Source: Hydrolagus affinis | Lineage: Eukaryota | Direction: 5' to 3' | Assembly (NCBI GenBank): GCA_012026655.1 | Contig: JAAILG010001243.1 | Span: 1-64,000, forward strand | DNA: 64,000 nucleotides | Part shown: positions 9,348 through 21,400 of the stretch, piece after piece | Numbering within the stretch: position 1 is the first letter of the stretch | Layout of the letters: each line of letters begins with the position of its first letter | The notes under the pieces: model-generated | The model's input: the letters and a program-made list of their open reading frames with translations, nothing else | What the model was told of the DNA's origin: nothing | Databases searched by the model: none | Made by a program: the position numbers and the translations under genes

Positions 9348-11089
9348 AGGACATGAGAATGCCCAACAGAAGGACAGGAAACTGCAGAGAGAGAAGCAAT
9401 CTGGAAACAGGTTATTAATCTCTGGCATATAGGGAGAGGATTGGCTGATGTTTAAACTGGGAAGCTCATCAGTTTCAACGTCACCCAAGGTTGTGAGGTA
9501 TTTCTGTCCTGTTTTCTTCATTTTGTTATTAAAATTGAATACGCTTGATAAGTAATATTATACTCATCAGTTTGGGAGGTTCTCATTACTTTTGATGCTA
9601 ATTTCCATTCAATCTCTTACAGGAAGGTTACCGAAGGGTAAATTAAGCAAACCTCCCTCGAATGTGCCTCTATGGTCTATGTCTCCACCGAGGTCCACAT
9701 TTACTAAATTTTCTTAGCATTTCAATGCATCCAGAATTTAGCAAATCTTCAGTCAATCTAAACTTTAAAGCCACGTGTCTGTCATTGTCAGAGGAATTGA
9801 AAGAAAACTAGTTGGTTTTTTTTTAAATTAAGGCGCAGAAGAATTGGCCAAACTCTGGACTCTCTTTGATACTAGAGGTTTTTTTATCTAACAAAATGGA
9901 ATAGATCTAGACTCAGTGGAGTTCACCTTCCACTGACTGTCGCCTTTGACATGACATCTCTGAGATGCGAACAGCTCAGGAGGCTTGTGTTCCATCAACA
10001 CTGCGATGTTATCTATCTGCAAACTGGTCCAGGGGGGCCGCGGAGGCGCTCGGCAGCCAGGATACAGGGGTCAGAATGCGGTCAGAATACAAAGAAATGA
10101 GCAGGGATACAGACCCCTAAAAACCGTCGAGTCGCTTTACTTTTCAAGGTCGACAGAGCTGGGGGAAAATACAAAATCACTTCCAAATGCAGCCCTCGAA
10201 ATGTGCCTGAACCTGACTGCCATAGAAATGTCAGGCACAATCCATCCCCATTCTAGCGCTGCTTCGCACTCATTGTGATGGTGGTCTCATTGTGATTTTT
10301 TTTGCCTCCAATCTGCAAGAGTTTGAGCTGAAACGCATCGTATCCCTGGCATGTCTGCTTCTTTTGGTAGTTGTGTTGTCTCAAAGAGGCTATTAAACTA
10401 CCCTACGTCGTCACCGGAGCCACATTTATCCTCTTTGTAGCTTCTCTGAGCTGATATCTCGCTGTGAGACATCTGCAGTCTAGCTGCATGTGGCCGTCAA
10501 AAACACAGCGCAGGGAACGTCCTAATTCCAGCAGCCGATTCCCATTAGTGTAATTGGTGCTTCAAGTTCAACTGTATGATGGACCGGTATCATCGTCAGT
10601 CACACGTGAATGACCTGCGTGGGCGGGGTCCTGTGCTGCACAACCACATCCACACAAAAAAAGGGAGAAAGTAAAGTAAACGTCAGACGTAAAAAAGCAA
10701 ATTGGTGTGAAGTCCAGACGTGATCTTGCGATCCCTGAGGTGAGCTGCGCTCTCAGCATCGCCCTGGGCTCCGAGGGCATTATTAAAATCATATTTCAAT
10801 CTGCTAAATTCCACACTTGTGCCAGTAACTCAGGAAAAAGGGAAATGGGACGTGAGCAGAATAGCATCAGTCAGAGTAACCACAAGCAATAGCCTTGGAG
10901 CTCCCTGCCCTGACTGAGCACGTATTGGGTCTGTGGGAGATGGAATCTGATATCTCACTGTGAAACCTGCTGCCGTTTATTCTGCTGAACATTAATTTTC
11001 GCCGACGTTAGCTCAACAAAACACACTCCATCCGAAAACATTAATTCAAAGCCTGTTTTCCCTCAATGCTCTCGTTCAGACACTCCCAG

Positions 11090-11265
11090 TCCAGGCTGAC
11101 ATTCCAACACAGAACTAGGGGATTGTCAGAGGTGCCAACCTTTGAGAGAGACATTAAACCAAGGCCCTAACTGGCTGTTTCAGATGGGTGTCAATCCTAA
11201 TGCAACAGTATTTGTAAAGAGAAGGAGTTTCTCCTATTAAATCCCAAAATGTTTAACAATACTGG
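11090..11265 (+). mobile_element. SacSINE1-like internal fragment
   Basis: AGGCTGACATTCC...GTCAGAGGTGCC...GAGACATTAAACCAAGGCCC...GAAGGAGTTTCTCC. Confidence 0.6.
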
Positions 11266-11519
11266 TTGGCGTCTAAGCTGGGAGCTGGTGTGAAGAGGGA
11301 TGGGAAAGGCAAAAATGCCCAAATGCATGGATGGTATGGTTAAAGACATGGTGTGTGGGGGAGGAAGAAAGGAAAGGAAGCAAGACAGAGAGACTGAAAG
11401 AAAAAAAGCAAGTGAAATAGAATGAGTTCGTGCGAGACAGAACAAGAAACTGATGCATTAGACGGAGTGATGGTGAGAAATAGAATTAGATATAGTGGGA
11501 GCGAGAGAGAGAAAAATAG

Positions 11520-11752
11520 NNNNNNNNNNNNNNNNNNNNNNNNNNNNNNNNNNNNNNNNNNNNNNNNNNNNNNNNNNNNNNNNNNNNNNNNNNNNNNNNN
11601 NNNNNNNNNNNNNNNNNNNNNNNNNNNNNNNNNNNNNNNNNNNNNNNNNNNNNNNNNNNNNNNNNNNNNNNNNNNNNNNNNNNNNNNNNNNNNNNNNNNN
11701 NNNNNNNNNNNNNNNNNNNNNNNNNNNNNNNNNNNNNNNNNNNNNNNNNNNN
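11520..11752. other. Assembly gap (233 N) flanked by GA-rich low-complexity sequence
   Basis: Run of N in the sequence. Confidence 0.99.
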
Positions 11753-14700
11753 TGAGACATGGTGTCTGACAAAGAGTCAAAGAAACATGGAAAGAGAGAC
11801 AAAAGTGTCGGAGATCGAGGGAAGGTGTGTTGAATGCTTTCATACCTGGCCTCATTGTCATAAACTCTATCAAAGGTTTCCCTCCTCCTCTCTAAAGGAG
11901 CATTATGGTTTACAATTAAAATAAAAAACCAAAGTACACGCTTGTTTGAAACGATGCTCTTTAAATATAGATTCTTTATCCAATAAAAAGTTGACATCTC
12001 TGGGGAATGGAGTAAAGTGGATACCATCTGGGGAGAGGAACCGTGCCAAAAATGCTGCTGAATCAATCACATTCGAGACCTTTCATGGACCGAGAAACAG
12101 GATCAACTCGGGAGGGGGGCGTGGAAAGCAAAGTCGTTTAACTACATGTAGGGACGCTGCTTTGGGACTTTTATTTAATTTAATCTGGAAGTGTTCCGTA
12201 AAGGAAAACAAAATGTTGAGGGGCACGATATAAATGCAAGTTTGTGGCTGTAATTTAATTCTCAACAATTGGTATCGATAGTTACTTTTTCACTTCCTAT
12301 TTTTTTAAAGCAATCTTTCCGACTATAAAGATGACCGATATCAGGGCAGAAAAGTCACCAAGGACAGAGGATTTTTTGATACATACCCCATGCCAAGAGT
12401 GCCCGATTTTAGGGCAGCCTCCTCCGATGAAGGTCCTGCCAGGAACAACATCTTGATGATCACTGCCCAACTCTGCGCACAGGGAGACAGAGACTAACTT
12501 CAATGGACGCAGTATTCACACATTCCCTTGATAAGACATCTGATCCTCCAGATGTTCATTTTAATTCTTTTAACTCCACTGCCGATCTCAAAGTCTGTTC
12601 CAGTCCAAAATCAGTTTTCTTCTGACACATGGAATGATTCTCAATCCAAAGACTGAGTGTGTCGGTTTGGTTCTTTGTAGCAACCCAAAAAGCAGACTCC
12701 AATCCTCTAACTATAACCCCACACACCCATTCATCCCATGCCCAGTGTCCTTTTGTACTTCCTGTCTTCATCTCATTGCCTCTTTCTTAATTGGCTATTA
12801 AATCTTTAAGGGTGTTATCCAGAAGCTGGATAGCACTGGCTGAAGACTGAGGTTGGAGTTCATCAACTTTGAAACTTCCAACTTGGTTTTGTGTGTGTGG
12901 GAGTTCATTGAGCAAATAAAAGCTTTCCAAATGCCGGGTTTTATTAATTGGAACAAAAGCAGAAGATTACATTGATATATGGCTGGAACTGGAAGCTAAA
13001 CTCGAGGGATGGGGGTCTGTTGAATGTAGAGCACGGCCATTTGAGGGAACAGTTTGCAAATGTAGATTTGTTGCGTGTGATGGGAGAGGGGTGTAGTGTG
13101 ACTTTTTGATAACCTCAAACCCAGTCATTATGCGCACAAAGCAATTTACACAATAACTGGTACACACAATGATTGAAAACCTCCAGCGTAGCCAGCATTT
13201 GGTGTTCTGAGTGAGAGCCATGGGATTAGACGGAGTTTGTTCTCACTCTGTCCTCCGACAGCAACATGCGCTAAGTTGCCTTCAAAAGGTCACAATTTGC
13301 ATATGTGCTGGCTTTCTCTGCAACAGTCAAATAAATTAATTTTCATTTGTTTGTATTGTTTCGCGCGCGTTGATGTTAATAGGCTGATGTCTTTTGTTCT
13401 CCCCCCTCTCCTCAGCTGATCAATGAAGGGAAACCAGCATTAAAGGGGTGAGGAAAAAAACTGGAGCATAATGTAGGACCTAGGATTTACTAAATAAAAC
13501 CACTTCTGCTGCAAAGTCATACAAAATGGCGGTGTCAGGATCCCAAAAGGACCTGGAGACAGTTACCTGGAGAGTTGTGCCATCTATTGGTAGTTCTGAT
13601 TTCAAATAATAATTTATTTAAGGGACGCTCTATCTACTGTAAAAGTTTCTGTGTCTCGAGTTACATTGCCTTCTCCCCCCCCATTGAGCCTTCCTGGCGT
13701 GTTGCGCAGTGATTTTTGACCTTTCACCTTGACGTCTTAAGGAAACCGGCAATCCCAAATGTTGGTATTTTGTAATAATGATAACAATCCTCCCATTACA
13801 TTTGCCTGGAATGCCAAAATGCTGTCAAATAAGTGCGTTGAAGAGGTAGTGACTGTGTATTTGTAGAGAAACGTTCCCAGTGTGGGACTTGAACCCACAA
13901 CCTTCTGAATCAGAGACAATTCAGATCCAATACTTGATTGAGATCATGGCTAGAGCCTCCTTTGATGTATTTTTGTTAATATCAGATAATGTGGCAGGTT
14001 TGTGAATTATTTGTGAGACTTCGATAAGATGTGAAAAGCTCCATTTCAAATGCAAGGATTATTATAATAATTATTATTATCAGATATTAGCAGATATCTG
14101 CTGTCTATCTGAAATCAGAAATCCCACCAGCTGACAGCCATGGGGAAACTCTTCACAGGCTTCAATTTCCCTGAATCAGGACACATTATATGAACAGATG
14201 ACATCCATGACTTACTGACACGTCCTGAAGGTCAGCTGAATCACCCGGCTTCCTGAGTGTGACAACTTCCATCGATCAATGTCCCAGGGTCACTGTTAGT
14301 CTTGAATCCTTTAACTTGTCTCGAAACAAACAAAATGGAGCCTGGATTTGGCAGCTCAGTGAAAGGGTTTGTCAACAGGCAAACCCCGGGAGGAATTCTG
14401 TGCTTGTCTCTGGAGCTCATTTTGGAGCAGGATTCCCGCAGATCGGAGCGCCATACGTGATGTACCTCCACATAAAGAATCCAGCTGGGAGTTTGGTGCA
14501 AAATATACCTGGCAGAGAACTGCATCCTACGCCTTTAAATCAATATGTTTACTTTTGAACCCAAAGTCTAGCACCGGGGAGAAGGACAATAAAAGGTGTA
14601 GCAAACAGACGGGAGCCAGGGTAGAATTAAATATTAACTGAACTAGTAATTGTGATGGTTGGTGTATTGTGGTTAGCGCCAGCCCTGTGGCACTAACAAC

Positions 14701-15148
14701 TGAGCCTGGCTTGAAACAAAAGCACAAGGCACTGGGGCCATAGCCTTGGAAACACACAATCATTTGTTAACGCTGCAGTATTGTACCTCAGGTAAACAGA
14801 CAGAAAAACACCAGGGTGTTGGCTCATTAAAGTGTAAGGAGATCACAAATAGTTTTGAAGGGAGAAGGCGATTTAGCAAATTTGATCTCATCTATCATCC
14901 CACTGCAACACCAAGATGATTTTTTAACAGAGTCCATTGGCTCTGTCAATGTCACACAGCCAGTATGTCAATAAGGCATGGACTCAAACTAATTTACAAC
15001 TGTTTCACAGATACAGTCTTGGTACATGGTATACGTTGTTCAAATAAAACACTTCCTCAGCCTGTAAAAGGGCTCTCAAAATGGAATATACATTAAAATG
15101 TGGTTCAACCAGGAGTTTACAGCTAGTCCACTATCAGGAACTCCATCC

Positions 15149-15260
15149 CACAGTGTTATTGTTCACAATGTAACCTCGCACAGTGTTATCGCTCGCTATG
15201 TAATTCTCACACGGCGATGTTGCTCGCGATGCGATATCACACAGTGACAATCTCACCCAA
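15149..15260. repeat. Degenerate ~30-bp minisatellite (about 3.5 units)
   Basis: CACAGTGTTATTGTTCACAATGTAACCTCG / CACAGTGTTATCGCTCGCTATGTAATTCTCA / CACGGCGATGTTGCTCGCGATGCGATATCA / CACAGTGACAATC. Confidence 0.65.
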
Positions 15261-15841
15261 TGACAAAACTGGTTGTGTAATCTCACACCGGTAAAGATCT
15301 CGGGCAAGTTATTTGAGGGTGTCGATGGAGCCGCCGCGCCTAATGCCACGGCCTCTCACATAAGACACGACCTCGCTGAGCGCCGCGGAGGCGCAGTGGA
15401 GTCAGCACCCACGGGGGGAGTGGTTGGAGGGCCCCCAATTAAGAAAATAACTCAGAACATGAAATGAAGGAAAGCTTTTTACAGCTTTAGCACCGCTGGT
15501 TTCAAACGGCCTTTGATGTTAACACCCCCTCAGCGAGCAAAGAACAACTTGACTCCAACAACGTGCAACTCCTCGCATTTCCTTATGCCACTCAGAACGC
15601 AGCCTGAACATTTAAGTGCAGCACATTGTGGGAGACAGTCAGGCAGGCAGGGCAGCTGGTGACGACTCTACTGCCCCAAGGAAGCTGTCCAGTTGTGCAC
15701 ATGTATTTTTATTTCACAGAGGATTCCAAACATGTGTTTTTTTTTTATCACATGAGCGTGGAGGAAGAGGACGAGAGGGAGAGAAGGAGGGAAGAAAACG
15801 TACACCAAGCCATCAATGGCTTCCCTCGAATAACCAGTGTT

Positions 15842-15913
15842 GGGGATGGGGGGGCGGGGGGGGTGGGGGTGGGGGGGATGGGTGGGTGGGCAGTGGGTGG
15901 GGGGTTGGCAGGG
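15842..15913 (+). repeat. G-rich tract with strong G-quadruplex potential
   Basis: More than ten runs of GGG or longer with 1-4 nt spacers. Confidence 0.8.
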
Positions 15914-16813
15914 TCCTTGATGACAACTACCAGCAGCTGGTTGTGATCAACTTGAAAAAGAAGTGATCGGGAAAAGAGAAAGAGAGCGAGGGAGGGAGGG
16001 AGGGAGAGAACATCTGCGCCTTCACTGAAGCGAGGAAGGCCCGGGTAGGAATGAAATGAAGGCTCCCGGGAAGAGCTCGTCACGGGAACCCCATTGATTT
16101 TTTTTGGAGCCACAACTGAGAGTTATTAACAACCACATTACAGCTGAGGGGAGTGCCCGGCCTCTCGAACACAGTTACAGCTGTAACATTTGGACTCACT
16201 TAGTCGTCAGCTACTGATGCCTGTGGAGTTGGTTGTAGGCGAGCTGTGCTACGCTGAGCCGCCCCTGAAATGCTTTAACTTCAGCATAATGAGGGAACCA
16301 CAGACAGTCACTTCACTCACTCTCTATGTTAGTGTCGTCATCTGTTCTTCCAATCCATCTGAATCCCAATTCTTCCTTCTTTTCCCAAGCCCTCTAATTC
16401 CCTTCCACTTCTTATATTTATCTACTACTTCCCTTTTAAATAATTATTTGGGTTGGCTCATTAAAGTAGCATCCCCCACTTCTCTTCCCCACCCCCACCC
16501 CCATCACCGCCCACTCCAAAGCCTTGCCCTTGTATTATGTCAACCTCACTAACCTCAATGTCAAACATTCCCTTGTAAAAAGCTAGTTAAAAGCATTCAC
16601 TGTGAGAATTCAGCAAATGGGGAGGAGTTGTTCCCAATTCACTCCAGGGGCTGCCCTTTCCCAGCCAAAGAGGGAAATGGGAAAGGAGAGAGAGGTGAGA
16701 CACAAGGATGCTTCCCAAATACAGGCTAAAACTAGGGATCAAGTTGTCGATCGCCCTCATTCCCGGGAGTGGCACGAGGAAGGCCAACAAATAGATGCAG
16801 AGACATTAAAGTA

Positions 16814-17166
16814 CAGGTTGTGGGTTCAAGCCCCCTTCATCGGGAGTTTCAACTCGTATAGTCTCGGCTGACATTCTGATACTGTGCTGAGGGAACACTG
16901 CATGGTTGAGGGTGCCACCCTTCAGATGAGACATTAACCCATGTCCTGTAGTCTGTTCAAGTGGACATTAAAGATCCAGTGCCGTTATTGGAAAGGAGAA
17001 AGGTGTTCTGGCCAACAATCTCCCAGATAAAATTGATCTTTCGCTTTATGGCTGTTCGTGGGAGATTGCTGTGCGAAAATTGGCTGCAACGTTTGCCTAA
17101 AAGTACACAATTACTGAGAAAAGCTTTTTGACATTGTAATGGCTACATCAATAAAGGATTATTATT
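16814..17166 (+). mobile_element. Near-complete old SacSINE1-like Deu-SINE
   Basis: GGTTGTGGGTTCAAGCCCC (B box), GGCTGACA..., CAGATGAGACATTAA, TGGCCAACAAT, Deu core GCTGTTCGTGGGAGATTGCTGTGCGAAAATTGGCTGC, tail GGATTATTATT. Confidence 0.85.
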
Positions 17167-17729
17167 GACTCACTATGCACCAGACTTTGCCTTAAAGTGC
17201 CTAGTTAGTTCGGCATTGCTTAAGCTATTGCCTGCACCTCACAATGTTTAGTTTAAGAAACCAAAGCCATGAGCCCAGGTCCATAATGAAGGGCAAGACC
17301 AAGGTTACAAGGAGCAGGAGCGAGGTGAGCCAAATTAAACAGTACTGACCTGACCCAAGCTTTGAATACGAAAGCCTTAAGTTGGTCGGAGATTTAGCTA
17401 TATGACCTGAACTCCGTTCTAAAGAGTTCAGGTCAAGTCCTGGCAGAATCTTGATGAACGAATTCTTCCTTTTGTCCTCCCAGGTTTTGTTTTATGCAGC
17501 TCACACCTTGAGTCTGGTGAGGCTGGCCAGTAGCTCGCTCCCTGGCCTTGCACCATTGCTATTTTGTAATTAATGGCCTTTGACATCTCCACTGCTTCCA
17601 ATTTCTAATCTATGAAAGGAAAGACTAACAGAAGCGAAATGTTCAGCACTTCCCAGTTGGGGGGGAGGGAATTAAGCCTTGGCTTATAATGCTGGGTACA
17701 ATTCCTTATTTTAAATGTTTTTTCTAATT

Positions 17730-17888
17730 AATCCACGACTGTTTGGAGGACACTGCTGTTTGCAATTCGTTGCTGCACTTTTCCCACAAAAAAAGGACAG
17801 TCAATTAACTTTACACTATATTCTGTGAAGTGCTTTGAGACATCTCCATTATGTGACAAGGCGCTATATCAAATGCAAGGATTATCAT
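17730..17888 (+). mobile_element. Young SINE, 3' half
   Basis: AATCCACGACTGTTTGG...CTGTGAAGTGCTTTGAGAC...GCGCTATATCAAATGCAAGGATTAT. Confidence 0.85.
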
Positions 17889-18013
17889 TTTCAGCAAATC
17901 ACTACTTTCGTGAGCCCATCAAGTTGAGTAGGCTTCTGGTCTGTTCCTTTTTCTACCCGACCTCCAGACAGAGTCCCTGGTCAAATGGCCTGCTTGGTTC
18001 CAATGTGGTGGCA

Positions 18014-18105
18014 ATCATAATAATCCTTGCTTGACGCCCTATGATGTCTTCAACATGTCTCAAAACGCTTCAAAGAATATACTGTAAAGTGAATTGAATG
18101 AATAT
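18014..18105 (-). mobile_element. Young SINE 3' fragment
   Basis: ATAATAATCCTTGC...GTCTCAAAACGCTTCAAAGAATATACTGTAAAGTGAATTGA. Confidence 0.8.
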
Positions 18106-21100
18106 TTAGCTCACTGTGAGATGCTTTGAGATGTTTCTCGTAAAAATGCAGGTTCTTTGGTTCTGTGCTTTTCAACTTTCTATCATGTTATGACACAGCG
18201 CCTGCTGATATAAACTACATGTCCTCAAAGGTTACCTCGCCTGCTGTGTCACATCTTCCAGAGAGATCCAGCTCCCTTTAAACAGCCCCGCTAGCTGGCT
18301 GCAAGATTAATAGCCCTGGCCAATGCTGTTTCCATTGTTTGGTGCTGAACATTCTCCATGTTTTGTGTAATTATTACAGACAATGTTCCTGCAGCACGGA
18401 CTTAGTCAATGTCTTAAACCTCTCAATCCCACATTATTTTGGAAGGATGTACAGCAAAGACAGGACTCTCCCACCCGCCCAGTGCAGGGAAAGGTCAAAG
18501 AAACCTTCAAGCAGAAAGTGACGATAATGGTATCGCAGAAGGAGATCACTCAACCCATCCAGCCTGTGGCATTGCTAGCTCCTCCACTGGAACTATCCAC
18601 TCTAATCCCAATCCAATTCTAATATTTTGTTACCAAACATGTTACCTTCGAGCCAGTTCAGCTCCAAGGAAACCCCCACCTCACCCTCCCCATCCTAGGA
18701 GGATAGTCCTCTGTGGCGGACTCAGTAGTCTGGTTCCTGAGCCAGGTGGGTCCACGGTACTACATTGCTGACGATGGCACAGTTTGAATGGAGTACAGTA
18801 TGGGTTTTAATACAGTAATTGATGGTGTTTAACTATGGAGAAAAATCTATAAGATTCTTTAAGGTTCTGTTCTTTAAGGTTCTGCTCTCCTCTGCAAATC
18901 CAGTGGAAGCCGGTTTAGCCGAATGCAACAGGGACAGACATTCTGACTTGAGAGAGATCCGAGGTTAGCCGAAATACCACTCCCGCCCAGAGAGAAACAA
19001 AAGTATATTCCACTGTAAGTGATTTACTTGAGTCTGAGCCCTGCCACGTCTCTGAGGTGAGCAATCCCACTTGAGAATTTATTTATTTCTTCTCTTTAAC
19101 TCTGATTTCCCGTAGAATATCTGAGAAAAAAAAAATCCTTACGTTTGGTAGAGTGCCATTTCAAGTCTAGACGAGATTGGCCAGGAGGGTGAAATCACCC
19201 AACCCGAGGATGAAATATGACTTTTTTTGGCAGTTACGTTATTATATATACAGTATTTACAAGATCACAAGAGACATTCGGGTGATTTCAGTACACCCAT
19301 CCTGCTGTCCTCCTATCAAAGCATTCCACTGTCTCTTCAACAAGTCCAACATCCTGGCCTAAATCACACATGCTGATAACTCTGTTCCAGTCATTAATTA
19401 CATTCTGAATAAACAAAACAGATCTGATTCTCATACTCCGATACTTTCCCTACTGGCTTAGTTAGTAAACTCAATACCTCAGGACGCAACTGAGCCCTGA
19501 TCGAGAAACGCTTAACAGAACTCTGATACAGTTCCAAATAGCCAGGTCATCTTGGGACCACAATCAAAAAAACATCTTGACATTGAAGACACAACACGTT
19601 CCACGTATTTGCGCCAACAAACAGCTGACATAATGTGAACAAAAGCTCCGACAGTGAACACCTGGATTGTAAATGAAACTACCAACGGCAAAGGAAAGCA
19701 CATGATCAGTGCTGAACATGGCAGGTCGCTGAGCTAACTAATCTCACCCTGGGTGGCAGCATTCTGGCCCTTTAAACGTGTGAGCTAGGGAGAGGGCAAG
19801 TGAGAAATCAGACAGGTTAGCAACATAGGAGCACGTGGGCATCAGAAAAGGTCACTAAGTGCGTCTGTCTCTGGCCAATCCCATCTTTCTATTTCTCTTT
19901 GTCTCTCACATACGCCCCAAACCATTAAGCCAGCCTCTGTATGAAGGAATCCAAAAATGGACGGTTTTGATAGCAAGGCACTTTGTAGCTCACGTACGTT
20001 TCAATTTTGTTCAAGTTGAAAATGAATTATTAAGGGATTATGCAAAAGTATTTAGAGGCATATGCCAAATACATCTCGTTTCATTGTGACGGTGAGTTCC
20101 TCCCCCCTCTAGAGGAATTTGAAAGAAAAACAAGGCTGCATTTTAAGTCTTAGAACCAAAACTCTATCTTCAAAGTCTTTTCAAAGTTGCGTATGTCACA
20201 AAAAATTCATCTTTCCTTCTCCATATCCTCACTCTGTTGATATCAAGCCTGATTGCCCTGTTTCCTACTTTAACTCATTGTTTCTAAGTCCCGAACACTT
20301 TCAAACTCTCTTCTGTCTTTCCTTTTTGCTGCAAAACATAAAAATGTTTCTTGTTAAACTCATCCTCTATCCTGTTCTTCACTACCTTGTGACCTTCACG
20401 AGGAGATAGGGAATCATCCCACTCAGCTCACAATTAAACCCACAAGCCAAAGTCCTAATGGGTAGGTTGGTCCTAACTGGACAAGCATTGGAAAACCTTG
20501 CCAGATCACAATATCAATGGCAAGCTTTGTGATTTTATCTGGTTAGACTCCAGCAGTTACCCTAGTGTACACTCTGGGGTCCCCAATGCTTAGCTCTTGC
20601 CAACCTGAGCCTAATACTTTATGAAATGAGGTAAGCAGGATGGACCAACATTATTCAAGAAACTCAAACAAAGTGCAAACCCCAAAAGCAGCAGGTTTTG
20701 CCTTTTTAAGTGCAATATCTGCTACTCTCATCGGTATCAAGCCACACTGAATTTCTGGCATGCTCTAAAAATGTTAACAGAGCGACTGCATAGGGATAGT
20801 CTGCAACATGTCACCCGACAGATAACATGGACAGTTTACTTCTACAAAACCTTTCTTTTTTTTTCACATAAAAAAGGTTCCTTCACAGAAAGGCTAGGAG
20901 TATACGGCCATAAAAAGGATACACTAGCTTTTAGCAATTTATAAGCAGTCTAGCTTTTCCCAGAATAAGGCATTATGAGCTAAGCAGTGCTGAATTTATA
21001 AAATGCCTCACAGTCAATATCTCTTTCTCTCTGACTCTGCCTATTCTGTCAGGCACCAAACTTCAATTAACCTTAAATATTAAGATTAAGGTTTTGCAAA

Positions 21101-21239
21101 ATTGAGGAAAATCCTTAGTTTGGTAGCCACGTTTCCGTTAACATTAAGACTAAGTTAATGAGATGACAAACTGGTGTTTGCCCAGGTGGGTGTTCAAGAT
21201 TCCACAGTCAAAATGCAAATGAAGTCTGGTATCCGGACT

Positions 21240-21400
21240 AATAATTAGTTATTCACTTTGTGACTGTTTGTGGGACATTGTTGTGCGCAAATTGGCTGTA
21301 GCTTTTACCTAGAAAATATAGTCACTACACTTCACAGTAAACCCTGTAAAGTAAAGATCTTTGAGATGAGTGAGGCACTGGATCAAATACGAAGTTTAGT
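21240..21400 (+). mobile_element. Old Deu-SINE, 3' half
   Basis: CTGTTTGTGGGACATTGTTGTGCGCAAATTGGCTG...CAGTAAACCCTGTAAAG. Confidence 0.7.

Noticed and set aside
11340-12066. Long ORFs of 86-202 aa
   Set aside because: They are artefacts of reading through the N gap.
15400-15425. REST/RE1 site (TCAGCACC half-site)
   Set aside because: The right half-site GGACAG is absent at the canonical spacing.
15616-16113. Gly- or Pro-rich ORFs
   Set aside because: They result from the G-rich low-complexity tract.
18856-18885. 15-bp tandem duplication TTCTTTAAGGTTCTG
   Set aside because: An ordinary slippage duplication with no further structure.
18904-19014. Exon-like segment ending in GTAAGT
   Set aside because: Stops occur in all three frames and there is no other support.
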